Origin: Obrimoposthia wandeli
Taxonomy: Eukaryota
Length of the DNA: 58,175 nt
NCBI GenBank assembly: GCA_977020255.1
Contig: CDROCS010004111.1
Coordinates: 186,001-244,175 of the forward strand
Direction: 5' to 3'
Shown: positions 36,391 through 49,877 of the stretch, piece by piece
How positions within the stretch are numbered: position 1 is the stretch's first letter
How the letters are laid out: each line of letters opens with the position of its first letter
Program-made: the position numbers and the translations under genes
The notes under the pieces: generated by a model
What the model was told of the DNA's origin: nothing
The model's database searches: none
Seen by the model: the letters and a program-made list of their open reading frames with translations, nothing else

Positions 36391-39300
36391 TATATCTAAA
36401 TAAACATAAATATGAAAAACGCGAAATCAAAAAATTTAATTAATAATAACTTTTATTTTCTAAACATAGTTGCTAAGCATATCTAATGGCAATGTAATTA
36501 AATTTGTAATAAATTGATAATTTTTTTAACTCCGATTAATTATCTTTTACTACCAACGATTTAAACATAAAAGATCGAGTTATTTAAGATATTAAGATTC
36601 TCTTTGCCTAATCCAACTGAATAGTGTTGTAAAAAATCAAAGCAATACATATATAATATATGAATCAAACAAATAAAAATACATTGTAAAACTTACGAGT
36701 GAAAACAGCATTGAACATAACTCTTGGGGATTTAATAAAACCTGAGTATTAAAATCCTTGTACAGAAAAATATGAGATCAATGTGGATATCTAAATAAAT
36801 TAAAATTCACCATTTGCAAAAAATATATAAATTAGAGAATATGTAATACAAAAATAAATTAATATTTAAATCTTACAAACCAGTTACAAGTAATAAATTA
36901 AAAAATAAATTTTATTTATTTATAAACTTATTATGAACAATAATCTTTAAAATTAATTTAAACATATAATTTCATTAAAAAGATACTTATGTATATATAT
37001 AATTTTATTTTAAATAATTCATCTATTTCAACTTGGAAATTATTAAACTTATATATAAATACTTAATTAATTAGGTCACGTCAAGCAGTTTTTCTAAATC
37101 TTCTTTTAACATTTTTAGACTGTTTTCAATGTTTCGAAGTTGAGTAATATATTACATATTCTATTTTAGTTATTATGATCTTAATAATTGTTTTATTAAC
37201 TTTTATTACTACTACTTTTAAATAGTCATTAGTGTAAATTTTGAAAGTAATATAATTAATAAATAAATAGCTCAGTAATCAAATTAAAATTACCAATAGT
37301 TTAAAGTTCCGTTCTCCTAATAATCGAAATATACAAATAGTGGGTAGAACCATACGTGATCCTTATCGCCTTTTTGGAATAAAATTCCTATTTATTTTTG
37401 AAATTAGACACAGTAAGACATGGTTACTATGATTCGCCAGCACTAAACAGTTTACTATCGGCACTATTCATTTTAATTTGGTGTATATGTAGTCACACCC
37501 ATAATAATTTGTGATATTACCAAATTAAATTAAAAAAAACTATTCAGAGTTGGTTTGTAATCGCGTAGAAACTTTTACTGTTAATTCTACAATTAAATAG
37601 AAATATAATTGAATAAGTTCAACTATTGTAAACATAGTAAATACGACATTACTTACTTTAGTTGACAAAATTGATGGCATAAACCGGCATATCAGGAGTT
37701 CTTAACTTCTCGCATTTAATCAGATTAAATTTGACTTTTAAAATTTCAGTTGATTGACGTTGTCGACACTTCACAATAAAAAAGCGTAACTCACAAATAG
37801 GCACATAAAATTCGAATTAAACCGTAACATTTAAAAATTTCATCATAGTTATATGAATCATTCAAATTATGACAGTTTATGACATCGTTACAGTCTTCAC
37901 ATGAATATTAAATGAACTTTATATTTCTCAGTAAAATAAACTGTTGTTTATTATCTTTAATTAATATATTTTCTTCTTTTTATTATGAACAATATATATT
38001 ATTACAATATTTCAAGTAAATTCATTTCAAGTTTTCCCTGAAATATCAGATCCATTCGCGGATTAATATGTCGAATAAATCTGCACGTGTGCAAAATTGG
38101 AATATTCGCATGACAAATCTCCTTTAAATATTCCATGGCGTTTTCTAGAAATTCATTGAGAAACGAATATTTCATTATTTCATCACAAAAATCTGTATAC
38201 TTAATACATTAATTTGTCGGAAATATTTGTAAACAGAACATTCTGATAATCGCTGAGGATGTGACGGCAATACTTGAAAATAATGAGGATTAACAATAAT
38301 CACAAACTGTGATAAATTGTACTTCTACTAACGACATACATAATTGTATAGTGACAGTTTTGTATTGTTATTATATTAGGATGACTATTCCCTTTCATTT
38401 TTCAATTGTTATTTTAGCTCTCATTCAGCAGAAAAGTTGTATTGAAACAGTGAAATGGAAAGATAAGAATAACTGAAAACAATTCTTTCATCAAGTCTGA
38501 TAATTTGTATAAAGCGGAAAATTGTTTCGTTGCATTTGAAGTTCATTCTGAAGTGTGTCTGTATGTTGGTGTGCTTGTTGTTTTGTCAGTCTCAACGATG
38601 ACGGTGACGGTTGTAATAATAATTATTATTTTTCGTTAATTATCGAGTTGTTTGATTTACTTACAAATTAAACACGTTAAATCGGTTTCATTCAAAGCAA
38701 TGTTTGAGGTTAGTTGTAACAGTGTTTGTTTACAATTCGTTTGCTGCAACATTATTAATCTGAATTGCTGCCATCAAAAGAAAAATCATAGAACTTTGAA
38801 AATTTCGATTCTAATCTCAGTTATTCTCAAAGTTAAATTTTAATTGTTTTCAGTAGATTATAAGATATAATTTTTTATGCTGAGCACGACATATTCATTT
38901 GCAGACGATATTTACATACTTATTTATGGTTGATGTTTTTGAAATAATTTTACATTTTCAAAATCTACATTGTTTCCAAATAACATGATTTTTTCTCGAA
39001 TTAATGAAAGAGAAATACGTATCTCAGCAAATAAATATGGGTTTAAAGCAAGCCAAAAGAAAGGGTATGTACACTACAAATCCAATAACATCAAGACGAT
39101 TACTTAAAAGCTTTCGGTAACTTTGAATAATGTATTTTATTCCCCAGCTTGTGAACAGAAACATTTAAATTGATAAATAAACTATATCCTAAAATGATTT
39201 CCCCATCTACATTTTGTATGAAACTCTACAAGATTATACTGTTTGTGAGGTCCAGAAACAGACAAATAATTAGAATACATTACATGAAATTGGTTTTATT

Positions 39301-42300
39301 TATACTACAGACCAAGGAAATAGAAAGGGAAATTAAATTAAATTGTTTAAATTTTAATTAAATTAATTTCGAGGAAAAAATTCGTAAAGTAGTGAAAAAT
39401 GTTTCTGCATAATCCGAAAGAAAAAGGGCAAAATTGGATCTAAACAGTTGGTTAATCTATATAGACAATATAGTACATTTAAATGCAAAACAACCCTCTA
39501 CTAAAGAAACTCTTAATTAAACAAAAGAACGGGTGAAAGAAAATCCTCAAGAAATCTTATCAAGACTAATCCAAAAAATCAATTTACCCTGATTTCAAGA
39601 AGAAGCCCACAAAGTTGTACAATCCAATGCGACAATTTTACCGGATCCGCTAAAAAATCTTAAAACTATAAATGGATCTGATTTTGAAAAATAAATAAGT
39701 TATCAATATTCTGCTTCTCAAGTGTTCTTCGTCTAGTGGATCAAACAGGCAAGAATGGAGTGGGTAGATCACAAAAGTTCTGTCAATTATACATTGTTTT
39801 AGTTGAATTTTTAAAGTAACATGGAATTATTTAGTTTTTGTTGTACAAAGCTCAACAATCAATTTGTAAATAAAAGAAGCCGAATACCAGCAATTATGAG
39901 AATTAAAAAATATATATATTAGCGTTAAAATTATGAAAACGGTTACTTTGATTCCCTGTGGCCCATGAAGTTGAAAAGTAGAATATATACATTTCTATCT
40001 CAAAATTTAGTCTTTATAAAATGTTTTCTGCTAGTGTCGACCGTCGAGCTTCACGTAGCGGTCTCTTTGGATATAATTTGGAGAATCCAAATTGGCACAT
40101 TACTTGAATTTTGGGATAATTTGGATTCCAGTCGGAAACCTTTGGCGGTGAGGATAATTGCTTTTGTACCAATTGTACTAGAAGGTTTTTCAATGTGGTT
40201 TTGATAAAACTTTAAATTATACTTTAAAGTTGTATTTGGTTCATTAAGGTTCGACTTTCTTTTTGGCTAGAAATATTTCTCGCTCTAGAGTCACATGGTA
40301 AAAATAGTATTCAATTATGCTTCTACATTTAGTTCAGATTCTAAATTGAGAATCTTATTTCCAAACAATCAATTTAATTAATATTTCTCAACTATTACGT
40401 TTTATTGCATATCAATGGGTTACAGCTAATGTTTGCTTGGTTATTTATTTTATTTTTTGACTAAAACACGGGTAACATCTATCTAGGAAAAGCGTGAATA
40501 AACTGAGAGTATCCGAATCTTTTAGATGTTTATTTTATTGTAAAATATTTCTCTTCGTAATTGATCTGAAATTGATTTCATTAATGTAAACTCTAGTTCG
40601 ACTGTAAGAGAAATTGAGAAGGAAATTACTGAAATTGATATTTCTCCATACATCGATTTCCCGATTTCCCGATCATGGATTTGCTGCTCAAACGGTGTTG
40701 ACGAATCCGCCCAGAAAATTGATGGAAGGTTCGAGGATAGAAGATCGAGTGAAGGCTTTCTCCGTAACCCCGATGAATGATTAATGTGAATGTGGATGAC
40801 AAATTTACAATTTCGATACAATCTGCCTGCTAATCCTGATTGATGAGTGACATTTGCTCCCCAACACGTTTGCTCGCTGACTAATCTCAGCTGACTTCTC
40901 TCGGCTCTTCGACAGACACACACACGCACACACGCATATAGAGGGAGAATAGCTGGCCTGATTCTGATTTTCTTAGATCCGAATTCTTCTACTTCGATTG
41001 ACAATTGTAATTATTAGATCAATTAGCAATTTAGATAGGCGATTTCTTCTGCGAACTTTGGGTTTAATTTTTGAGATTCATCCATGAAATTAATTGATTA
41101 ACAGGATCAGTTTTCAAAAGTGTCCCCAAAGAACTTTTGAAATGAAGAAAGGAAAAGTATTCAACTTTTAAGCTGTTAGAGCAATATTGATCATAGGATA
41201 AAAAGAGATGGAAAAAATGGATGGAAGCTGATCAAGAAAATAAACATAAGGCTATATTATTTGATGTAAGATTAATATAAAACCATATTAAAGAAAATAT
41301 AAGCTTCGTACATGTCGGTGAAAATATTATTAATTAAAGAACTAAAATAAAGAACATTGTTTGTGTCATCGATAAAAATATAACAATGAATTGTCAAATA
41401 GTGATAAAAACATGAAACAGTTATATGAAGAAGATTTATACTTTAAGAAAATACTTCACTCCTGAGAAAACTACATTGCTAATGTATGCGTTTATTACAC
41501 CAAGACTTGACGTTTAAAACTATTTATCGATTAATATTCCACAATTTTAATTTTAAACAAAGCCACCAAAATTATATTCAAATTAAAGAGGAAAAAAAAA
41601 GCCCGAATTACCAAAATACTTTATCCCAAAATCCCAAACATTTACATGGCTTTCTCGATCATTGTACAGTGGGCATGTATAGACACTTTGGGAGCAACAA
41701 CGATGACTGCAGGTTCGCTAAGAAATTCATAAATAACTAACGAAGTGAGGAAATACTTGTTATTTGGCTCCAAATCTTTATAAAAATAAATTTGAAATGA
41801 ATTTAAAAACTGTAAAAATGTTGAAAAGAGCCAAGACAATTCAGAAAATATTCAGAAAAGGTATATCTTGTAAGAACTTGTCAGAATGCGCTTTCAGTAA
41901 GAGCTTTTCAGTAATATTTCATAGTTTTTAGATATTTGTGTCTTATTAAATTTTGGTAAAATTTTCTTAAAATGTACTTAAAAATTCAATTCTTCTTTAC
42001 TCAAAAATGTACTTAAAATTAAATTCGTCTTTACTTAAAATTTTAAAAAAATTAACTAAGTTGACCACAGCATTGTTGGAGTTCAAAATGTGACAATATC
42101 TGAAAAGGTTCAAAATAGTTGTATAGAATAATATAAACCTGAAACAAAAAATAATATTTTAATAGCGCAATACGCTTAGCTGTTTCCTAATTGTAGCTCT
42201 TAGTGTTTGTCAAACAGAAATAACAATGTGTAAAATGGTCACGTTGATAACTGAAATATGCACAAAATCGTAATATTATAATATTGATGATTTGACGAAA

Positions 42301-45136
42301 TTTCAATTTATTTTTCTCAATAATTTGATGATATTTTGATAAACAAGAACTTATTTCGCCTAACTATTGTTTTTTACCACTTCATCCCAATATAACAATT
42401 TATTTCCTAAAAAATTACAGTTGTGTTTTAATAGTTCATACATTTTGTTTCTTTTAACGGCAATTTTATAGGTATGTTTAAAAAAACTTTCTGTTTACCA
42501 TCTTTCAAACCTTGGGAAATTAAGGGTACTATTTAAACGGGCGAAATAGACTCAAACTGACTTACAGTCTTTCAAAGTCCCCTAACGAGACAGAACAAGA
42601 GGTCGAAGCTAGTCTACTAAACGATAACCGTGTTTACCATAATCACCACTGAGTCATCTGAGCGATTCTTGTCTGCAGAGAACACAACGTATTCTGCAAT
42701 TGTTTCCGCTGCCATCTGGGCAAAATCACGGAAAATGGAATCGAGCGCTTCAACCCAGGTGGGAGGAAGTTGGAGGTTTGACGGCAGATTCCTCTCTGGG
42801 ATTTGCACTTTCGGATACGGTCTGTTTACACAGTGGATTATGCACCTTTTAATTGTTGGACTGTCTGCATCGGTCCCTCGTTCGCTAATTAGGATTCGAG
42901 CTGTTTGTCTGATAAGCTTGTTGCGCTTTTCTGTGTGAGTATTTTGTGTTTAATTTTTGACTGAAATTGACCGTTCATTGTTCTTATTCCGATTGAAACT
43001 TCTAAATCTATACCTGCTCATATACTTTTAAGACAAAAATCATTAAATTATATTTCATTTTATCAGGCACAATTTCAATTTATTTTTTCTTAAAATACGC
43101 ACTTCTTTCAATTGATTCAACACTTTAACATTTTTAACAGAAGGCACCTTTTTTCAGCTCTCGCCAACAAAGACTATACTGAGGGGTTGAAGACCCTTAT
43201 CAACGATGACCGTGAAACTGTGCCTTAATATACGAATCTCGTAGAATTGTTGACAGCTTTTAAAATTTACCAAATGGACAATTTTAGAAAACGGCGCAAC
43301 CAATTTTAATGATTGTTTATTTTATAAAAAAATATAAATTAGAACGTATGAGCAAAATCATAATTTATAACAAACATGCTGAATCAAATTAAGTACCTTA
43401 AAATCATTCTGATAAAATGAGCCTTATCTACCGCTAGGCACTATCAATTTTTTTATGTTTATGAAGAAATCTGAATACCCCCTACTTGATGCAACACATA
43501 TCATGACAATAAAATTCAACTATGCGTAACCAGTTGTTGAATTTCTAAAACCAAGTGGGTCTTTACTAACGACTGTACGACTTCGCTCATTTCAAAAATA
43601 ACAGGAATTTCATCCATATTTCCTATTTGTTCTAAATTGATTTATGTTTTCCGATTATTCACTTTTACTTCTCAGTCATCGAGAAGTTTCAATTCAAAGA
43701 TTGTTATTGGGCTACAATTCAGGGATTTTAATCTCAACTTTCGACAATCTCTTCGCTTTCTATTTAATAATTTTATTCAAACTTTGTAATCTCCTTTTTC
43801 TATTCTTAAATATATTTTTTCAATTCTAGTCAAAGCTTATTTCGATATATTCAGGTGCCTCTCTTTGGATTGAATTGTTGAAGAACTAATCTTGTCCTAC
43901 CATTATTTTCTGTTTAAAATATTTTTTATTGAGATTGTGTATGAATTTATGATTTTAATCATTTGAAATTATTTGTTGTTTTAAAATTTGATTTATTACT
44001 AATTATAAAATTTTAAAATGACCAAAAAATAATTATTAGAAATTAATTAGAAATATTGTGACAAGGTGCGCTTTATTTATCAATGAAGTGTTATATGAAT
44101 TAAATGATTTTTAACGGGTACGCGTTATCAATGTGATTTTAGGTTAAAAATGAAAAGTTAATTGAGGCAACTACTAATTTTCTGTGAACAGTTAATGGTA
44201 CATTTCTCATTGGAAAAAGAGAAATCTAAATTCGAAAGGACATTGATATTTTTGTGGACGATGTCAAAGTGTGTTTTCCTTGAGGAAAAGAGGGAAAACG
44301 AAACGGTAATCCAATGTATGTGGTAGGTTCAACTGTGCTAACATATATCTGACCCTTATTTAAAAATGATGACGTTTTTTGAAATTTGTAGTCATTTTAA
44401 ACAAATTAAATATTAGGAAATTTAATAATAAAATTCAATAAATATTGAGTAGTTATCATCGCAATAATATTTTTTCTTGATCATACAGTATAGGAAGTTT
44501 ATATTAAAACTAAAAATTGTCTAACTTCTTCGAACATTCTTATTTTACTGATCCCTGTGTAAAACCACTGTTAAGGTTGAGAATTAAGAAAATTAAATAT
44601 TTTAGTTGATTAAATACTAAAATAAAAATCCTTGAAAGCAAGGTCGAAAATTGAATTAAAATATTAATTTAAGTTTAGAAGTAAAATTAGTGAAATTTAG
44701 GGTAAATTAGGAGGACCACGAAGGTCGTGTATTATGCGAAAATGTATAAAAGTTAAATTAATTAACCCAAAAGGGACAATTTCAAAAACAAAACTAAAAC
44801 TTAATTAGAAGAAAAACGGTTAATTACAACCGTCGCTCAAGGATCCCCAAGGTAAGCACTTTTGCGTGCAGTAACTAAGATTGTTTTACAGCTGTCATTG
44901 ACTGACAGAATCCAGAATCGCTAGAAGAAATCTACCAGGAACCCCAGAACAGCTGTCAGTTGATTGGCAATCAGGTTCCTATTTAAGAAGAGCCAATTCA
45001 GAAGACAATCACAAATACGGAATCGCTCCAGAGTCGACTGGACGACAATATTGACTTCTAGGTAAGGAGTGTAAGAAGAAATAACAAATTTAAATTATTT
45101 AGGAAATCGATTTTGAATATCTGAACCTATAACCAG

Positions 45137-45494
45137 CCAGCGTATCCAAGAGTCAGCGTATCCAAGAGTCAGCGTATCCAAGAGTCAGCGTATTCAAGAG
45201 TCAGCGTATCCAAGAGTCAGCGTATCCAAGAGTCAGCGTATCAAGAGTCAGCGTATCCAGAGTCAGCGTATTCCAAGAGTCAGCGTATTCAAGAGCCAGC
45301 GTATTGAAGAGTCAGAGTAATCAAGAGTCAGCGTATCCAAGAGTCAGCGTATCCAAGAGTCAGCGTATCCAAGAGTCAGCGTATCCAAGAGTCAGCGTAT
45401 CCAAGAGTCAGCGTATCCAAGAGTCAGCGTATCCAAGAGTCAGCGTATTCAAGAGTCAGCGTATTCAAGAGTCAGCGTATTCAAGAGTCAGCGT
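45137..45494 (+). repeat. 16-bp tandem array (CCAAGAGTCAGCGTAT), ~22 copies, inside the LTR
   Basis: Directly visible; it generates the spurious repetitive ORF 45304-45582. Confidence 0.95.
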
Positions 45495-45587
45495 TCTTCG
45501 GATTCCGCAAATTACCTACGGATCCACATCGGACATCTCGCCGTACCGGAATCAGCGAGTAACTGGTAAGAACACAGACTAGGTTCA

Positions 45588-46024
45588 TTCATTGCCCCTA
45601 GTAGGCAATTAGGATATATTCATTACCCCTAGTTGGTAATTCTATATTTCCTTAATAATACACAAATTCATTGCCCCTAGCTGGTAATTAGGATCACTGC
45701 CTCTTTACCACAATCATTGCCCCTAGTTGGTAATTAGGATCGGACCTTTATTCATTGTCCCCAGCGACAATTAGGAAACTTACCAGACGTTTTTTCCCGT
45801 AAGATTCATTGTCCCTAGCTGGCAATTAGGTTCCTTCATTGCCCCTAGTTGGTAATTCGGATAAATATTCATTGTCCCTAGTAGAAAATTCGGTAAGACT
45901 CATTGTCCACTAGCTGACAATTCGGTTCGCACATTGTCCGTAGTTGACAATTAGGAGTAAGTTTTATTGTCATCTGGACAATTAGGATTTTAGGAGATCC
46001 CTTGTCTACAGTAGACAATTTGGG
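45588..46024 (+). repeat. ~12 spaced copies of an imperfect palindrome TTCATTGYC-(N7-8)-GRYAATTMGG inside the LTR
   Basis: Examples: ttcattgtccctagctggcaattagg, cattgtccactagctgacaattcgg, cattgtccgtagttgacaattagg. Spacers are of variable length. Confidence 0.85.
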
Positions 46025-46507
46025 TCGAACACACAGAGAGTAAGGAACAAAGAAATATTTGGTTAGAGATAAGAAGTAGGAGCGAAGAAATTTAAGAGAG
46101 TTGCGTTATAGATTAACCAACCTGAGTAAGAAGATTAAACCTAGGAAACTTAATCACCTGAACGTAAAATCGATACGTGGTTCATCCCCACTTCTTGTAG
46201 AGACTCACAGAAGTCCTTTAGGAATTTTATCATACTTTTTAGAAATACGTACATAAACGTATTGTGGTGTTAGTTACGTGAATTTTGAATAAACAATTTC
46301 CTACATTAGAACAAGTTGTTTTTACACCCTTCAGACTAAGAGACATCAAAGCAATACCTTCAGATAGTACAAGAGATTAGGCAACCATAACACTAAGTAG
46401 GCCACGACCAACTTTAAGACCTGCTTCTAATCGAACTCACGTTGGGGCCCTCCGCACACTAAGAGGCTCTATACCAAGTTTCGTATAGAAACCCCAACAT
46501 ATTAAAG

Positions 46508-46526
46508 TGGTGCCCCGAGTGAGGAT
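46508..46526 (+). promoter_or_regulatory. Primer binding site, probably elongator tRNA-Met
   Basis: TGGTGCCCCGAGTGAGGAT is complementary to a tRNA 3' end ...ATCCTCAC(T/A)CGGGGCA-CCA, which matches metazoan elongator tRNA-Met as I recall it. Confidence 0.75.
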
Positions 46527-46552
46527 AGCTCATCGGACACAGCGAATTCACG

Positions 46553-47405
46553 TAGAATAAGTTCAGATAAGTTTTGGAAAATTGAGAATAAGTTCAGGTG
46601 AATAGAATAAGTTCAGATAAGTTGCGGATAATTGAGAATAAGTTTCAGGTAAATAGAATAAGTACAGATATTAAGAATAAGTTTCAGATATTGAGAATAA
46701 GTACAGATATTAAGAATAAGTTTCAGATATTAAGAATAAGTTTCAGATATTAAGAATAAGTTTCAGATATTAAGAATAAGTTCAGATATTAAGAATAAGT
46801 TTCAGATAAATTGAGAATAAGTTTCAGATAAATTGAGAATAAGTTTCAGCAGAAGAATATAGACAATTGAGAATAAGTTTCAGAAGAAGATATAAGTAAA
46901 TTGAGTTAAGAATTTGATAAGTGTTAAGAAATCGGGTAGATTTGTTCCTCGAAGTTAAGAATTTGATAAGTGTTGAGAAATCGGGTAGATTTGTTCCTCG
47001 AAGTTAAGAATTTGATAAGTTTTTGAGAAATCGAGTAGATTTGTTCCTCGAAGTTAAGAATTTGATAAGTGTTAAGAAATCGGGTAGATTTGTTCCTCGA
47101 AGTTAAGAATTTGATAAGTGTTGAGAAATCGGGTAGATTTGTTCCTCGAAGTTAAGAATTCGATAAGTTTTTGAAAAGTCGAGTGGATTTGTTCCTCGAG
47201 TCAGTAAATTTTATAAGTGAGAATCGAGTGGATTGATACTCGAAGTAATTAATTGAATAAGTTAAGTCGGGAGACTCTGTCCTCGAACTAATTAAAAAGA
47301 TAAAATCGTAAGTGAATTTGATAAAGTGAGAATCGAGTGGATTGATACTCGAAGTAATTAATTGAATAGGTTAAGTCGGGAGACTCTGTCCTCGAACTAA
47401 TTAAA
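46553..47405 (+). repeat. 5' leader built of three tandem arrays (~20-bp, 49-bp and ~110-bp period)
   Basis: gaataagtttcagatatt units at 46553-46880; gaagttaagaatttgataagtgttaagaaatcgggtagatttgttcctc x~6 at 46903-47198; two copies of gtgagaatcgagtgg...cctcgaactaattaaa at 47217-47405. Confidence 0.9.
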
Positions 47406-47693
47406 GAGATAAAAAGTCGTAAAATAAGAATTGTGAAATAAGCTAAAAATAATAAGTGAATTGATATCGTAAACGAATACATAATTGATAAGACAACGGA
47501 TAATAGAAAAGGACCCGCGTATAATACTAGAAGACAAAGTCAGATCCCCAAGGAAGAGATAAATAATAATAAAGTTAACCGAATTGAACAGGTTCCCCAA
47601 ACAGATAACAAAGTAACAGAAAAGACTAGAGTCGAAGAAAACGTATCAGAAAGAGACGTTGATCAATCAGATGTTTCAACCGGCAGTTTTAAT

Positions 47694-49833
47694 TTGACTG
47701 AATTATTTGGTGACATAGACCAAGAAGAATTTGAAATTGCCAATCCAGTAGTGATTGAGGAAGTTCCATTGAATAATATTGCAGAAATAGTTGAAGACGA
47801 TATAGTTGCAGATATGGCTCAACCAGGAGCTCAAGCAGATATTAATGCAGGAAATAATGTAGGTGACATGAATGCCGAGCAGTTGGCACAAGCTTTAAAT
47901 GCGACGTTGAGACCCAATTTTTCAGGATCATTGCAGATTACAAAGTTTAAAGGAGATGAGGAAAGTATTTGTGACTTCCTCGCAGAATATTCGAGTTGTG
48001 CAGATGTTCAAGGATGGAACGATAAAGAAAAAATGTATCAGAGTACAGGCACATTTAACCGAATTAACACTTGAAGAGTGTAAAGATTTGACAGAAGCAG
48101 AACGTTTGGACTGGCGAGCGTTAGGTACTGCTTTTATTGGAAAATTGGTATTAGGAGATTTAGCCAAAGTAAAATAAGCGACTCATGAGAGAACGGAAAC
48201 AGAAACATGATGAAGGCGTGAATGAATACGCGTATGTTTTGAGAACCTTGGCCGCAAGAGCGTACCCAAGAAGAATAATGAGAAATCAGGACGGTAATCC
48301 TGTAGCTCCAGAAGCACAAGCAGCGGAAAATGACCGGAACCAAAATGAAATGGCAGAGGTCTTGTTAGATATATTTAGAGGAGGATTGAAAAAAGGATAT
48401 TAAAGTGTTATTAGCAGTATCGGATACAAATGATTTTGATAACGCCGTGCGAAAGGCGAGAGAAATTGAGAAAAATATAAAGAATAATGCAGCATTGGCA
48501 ATCTACGCAATGACTGCAGGTGACGACGATAAGACAAAGGTCTTCGTGAATAAAACAGAACCGAGTAATTTTCAGAATCGAAATTATGGACAAAATAAGT
48601 TTGAAAAAGTAGATGAATCCAGTAACGGAAACAGAGATAATTTCCGAAGTAGGAATCGAGATGATTCGAGAGGTAGAAATAATAGTGAGTCTTGGAACAG
48701 GAATCGAGATGATTCAAGAGGTAGAAATAATAATGATTCGTGGAATAGAAATAGAGATGATTCCAGGAATAGATTTAATAGAATAATTCAGGAAATCGCC
48801 AACCTTGGAGAGGAGACGATAGGAATTATAACGCAAACAGAGGAGAACAAGTGACTCTCGATTTGGAAATAATGCAGGAAATAGTGACGGAAGATTCAAT
48901 AATCGAGGAAGCGGTTTTGAATCGAATTTCCGAAGAAATGATTTTAGAGGACGCTATGATAATAGACAGAATAGTCGTCGAGTACAGTTCGAAGATGAAC
49001 AAAATAAAATAGATATTCGAGGGAGAATAATGTGTTACACATGTAAACAAATGGGTCACTATTCGAGAGATTGTACGAGAAGTAAAGAGTTCGGAGCTAA
49101 CAGATTTGGAAATAATTATAGAGGATATAATTCACCTCCGCCATGGAATAGAGGTGGTGGATATACTCCACAGCCATGGAGACTGAATAATCAGTATGCA
49201 GATAGACAGCAAGGAGCTGAGAGATACAATAATTACGTAGGACAGCAAGGAGCTGAGAGATATAATAATTCTGGTAGATATAATAATAATAATGTCGACA
49301 AGACAAATAGTCGAGAGAGTTCGCCGAAACCGAAAGGAAATTTTAGTTATGTAAGCGATGACAGTGATAGGAATCGCGAGACCGAGCTTCGACGCGAAAT
49401 AGATTTTGAAGATAGTGATAGTAAATTTGAACGAATGTTGGGAATAATTAAAGATTCACCACATACAAAGATGGCGAATTCATCTACGTTGTCGAAACAA
49501 GAGAGAAGTCTACATTCGAGAGGAGAGATGAATGATTTAATGAATAGAATATTAGAAGCGTATGAGACACCAATAGAGAAAACGTGTAACGCACAACCTA
49601 TGACTGATCATGTAGAAGCAGCAAGAAATGCTACGAGTATGGAAAATGTAAAAAAGATAATTAGTGAAGCTAAGGAAACGCTGAATCAACCGTTAGATGA
49701 AACAGTGAAGCTCCAGAAGTTTTGGCCAAATTGCAAACAATTAAAGTGCACCGATTGGAAGAAGTACGTGCAGAATTGGTTAAACATAGTCATGATAACT
49801 TGGGTTACAAAGAAGTACCCCGAGGACTACTGA
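47694..49833 (+). pseudogene. gag: gag (capsid, low-complexity R/N/D linker, CCHC zinc knuckle), frameshifted
   Basis: ITKFKGDEESICDFLAEY...GWNDKEK and RKQKHDEGVNEYAYVLRTLAARAY are Gypsy gag-like. Zinc knuckle CYTCKQMGHYSRDC at 49033-49074. About 6 frame disruptions. Confidence 0.85.
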
Positions 49834-49877
49834 GAGGTTATGGTCGTTATGTACAGAGATCAAACCAAAAAGGAACG

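Larger units (their letters stand above)
44569..46499 (+). repeat. Putative 5' LTR (~1.93 kb)
   Basis: Begins TGTTAAGG and ends CCCCAACA (TGTT...AACA termini), 8 nt before the PBS. TATA-like ctatttaag ~44979 and AATAAA ~46288. The 3' LTR is outside the window, so the boundary is not confirmed. Confidence 0.6.

Noticed and set aside
29075-42938. ORFs 29075-29407, 40522-41004 and 42630-42938 as protein-coding exons
   Set aside because: No cadherin or other motifs and no consistent splice phases; more likely by-products of GC-richer non-coding islands.
1017-44000. Many 60-100 aa I/L/F/K/N-rich ORFs (e.g. 1017-1283, 2263-2565, 18801-19034, 20402-20632, 39170-39361, 43644-43829)
   Set aside because: Composition mirrors AT-rich intronic DNA and several start at non-ATG codons; no homology signal is visible.
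45304-45582. 92-aa ORF with QESAYPRVSVSKS repeats
   Set aside because: It is a translation of the 16-bp tandem array inside the LTR.
45588-46024. Repeat-spacer pattern resembling a CRISPR array
   Set aside because: Repeats are degenerate, spacers are short and irregular, there are no cas genes, and the context is a eukaryotic LTR.
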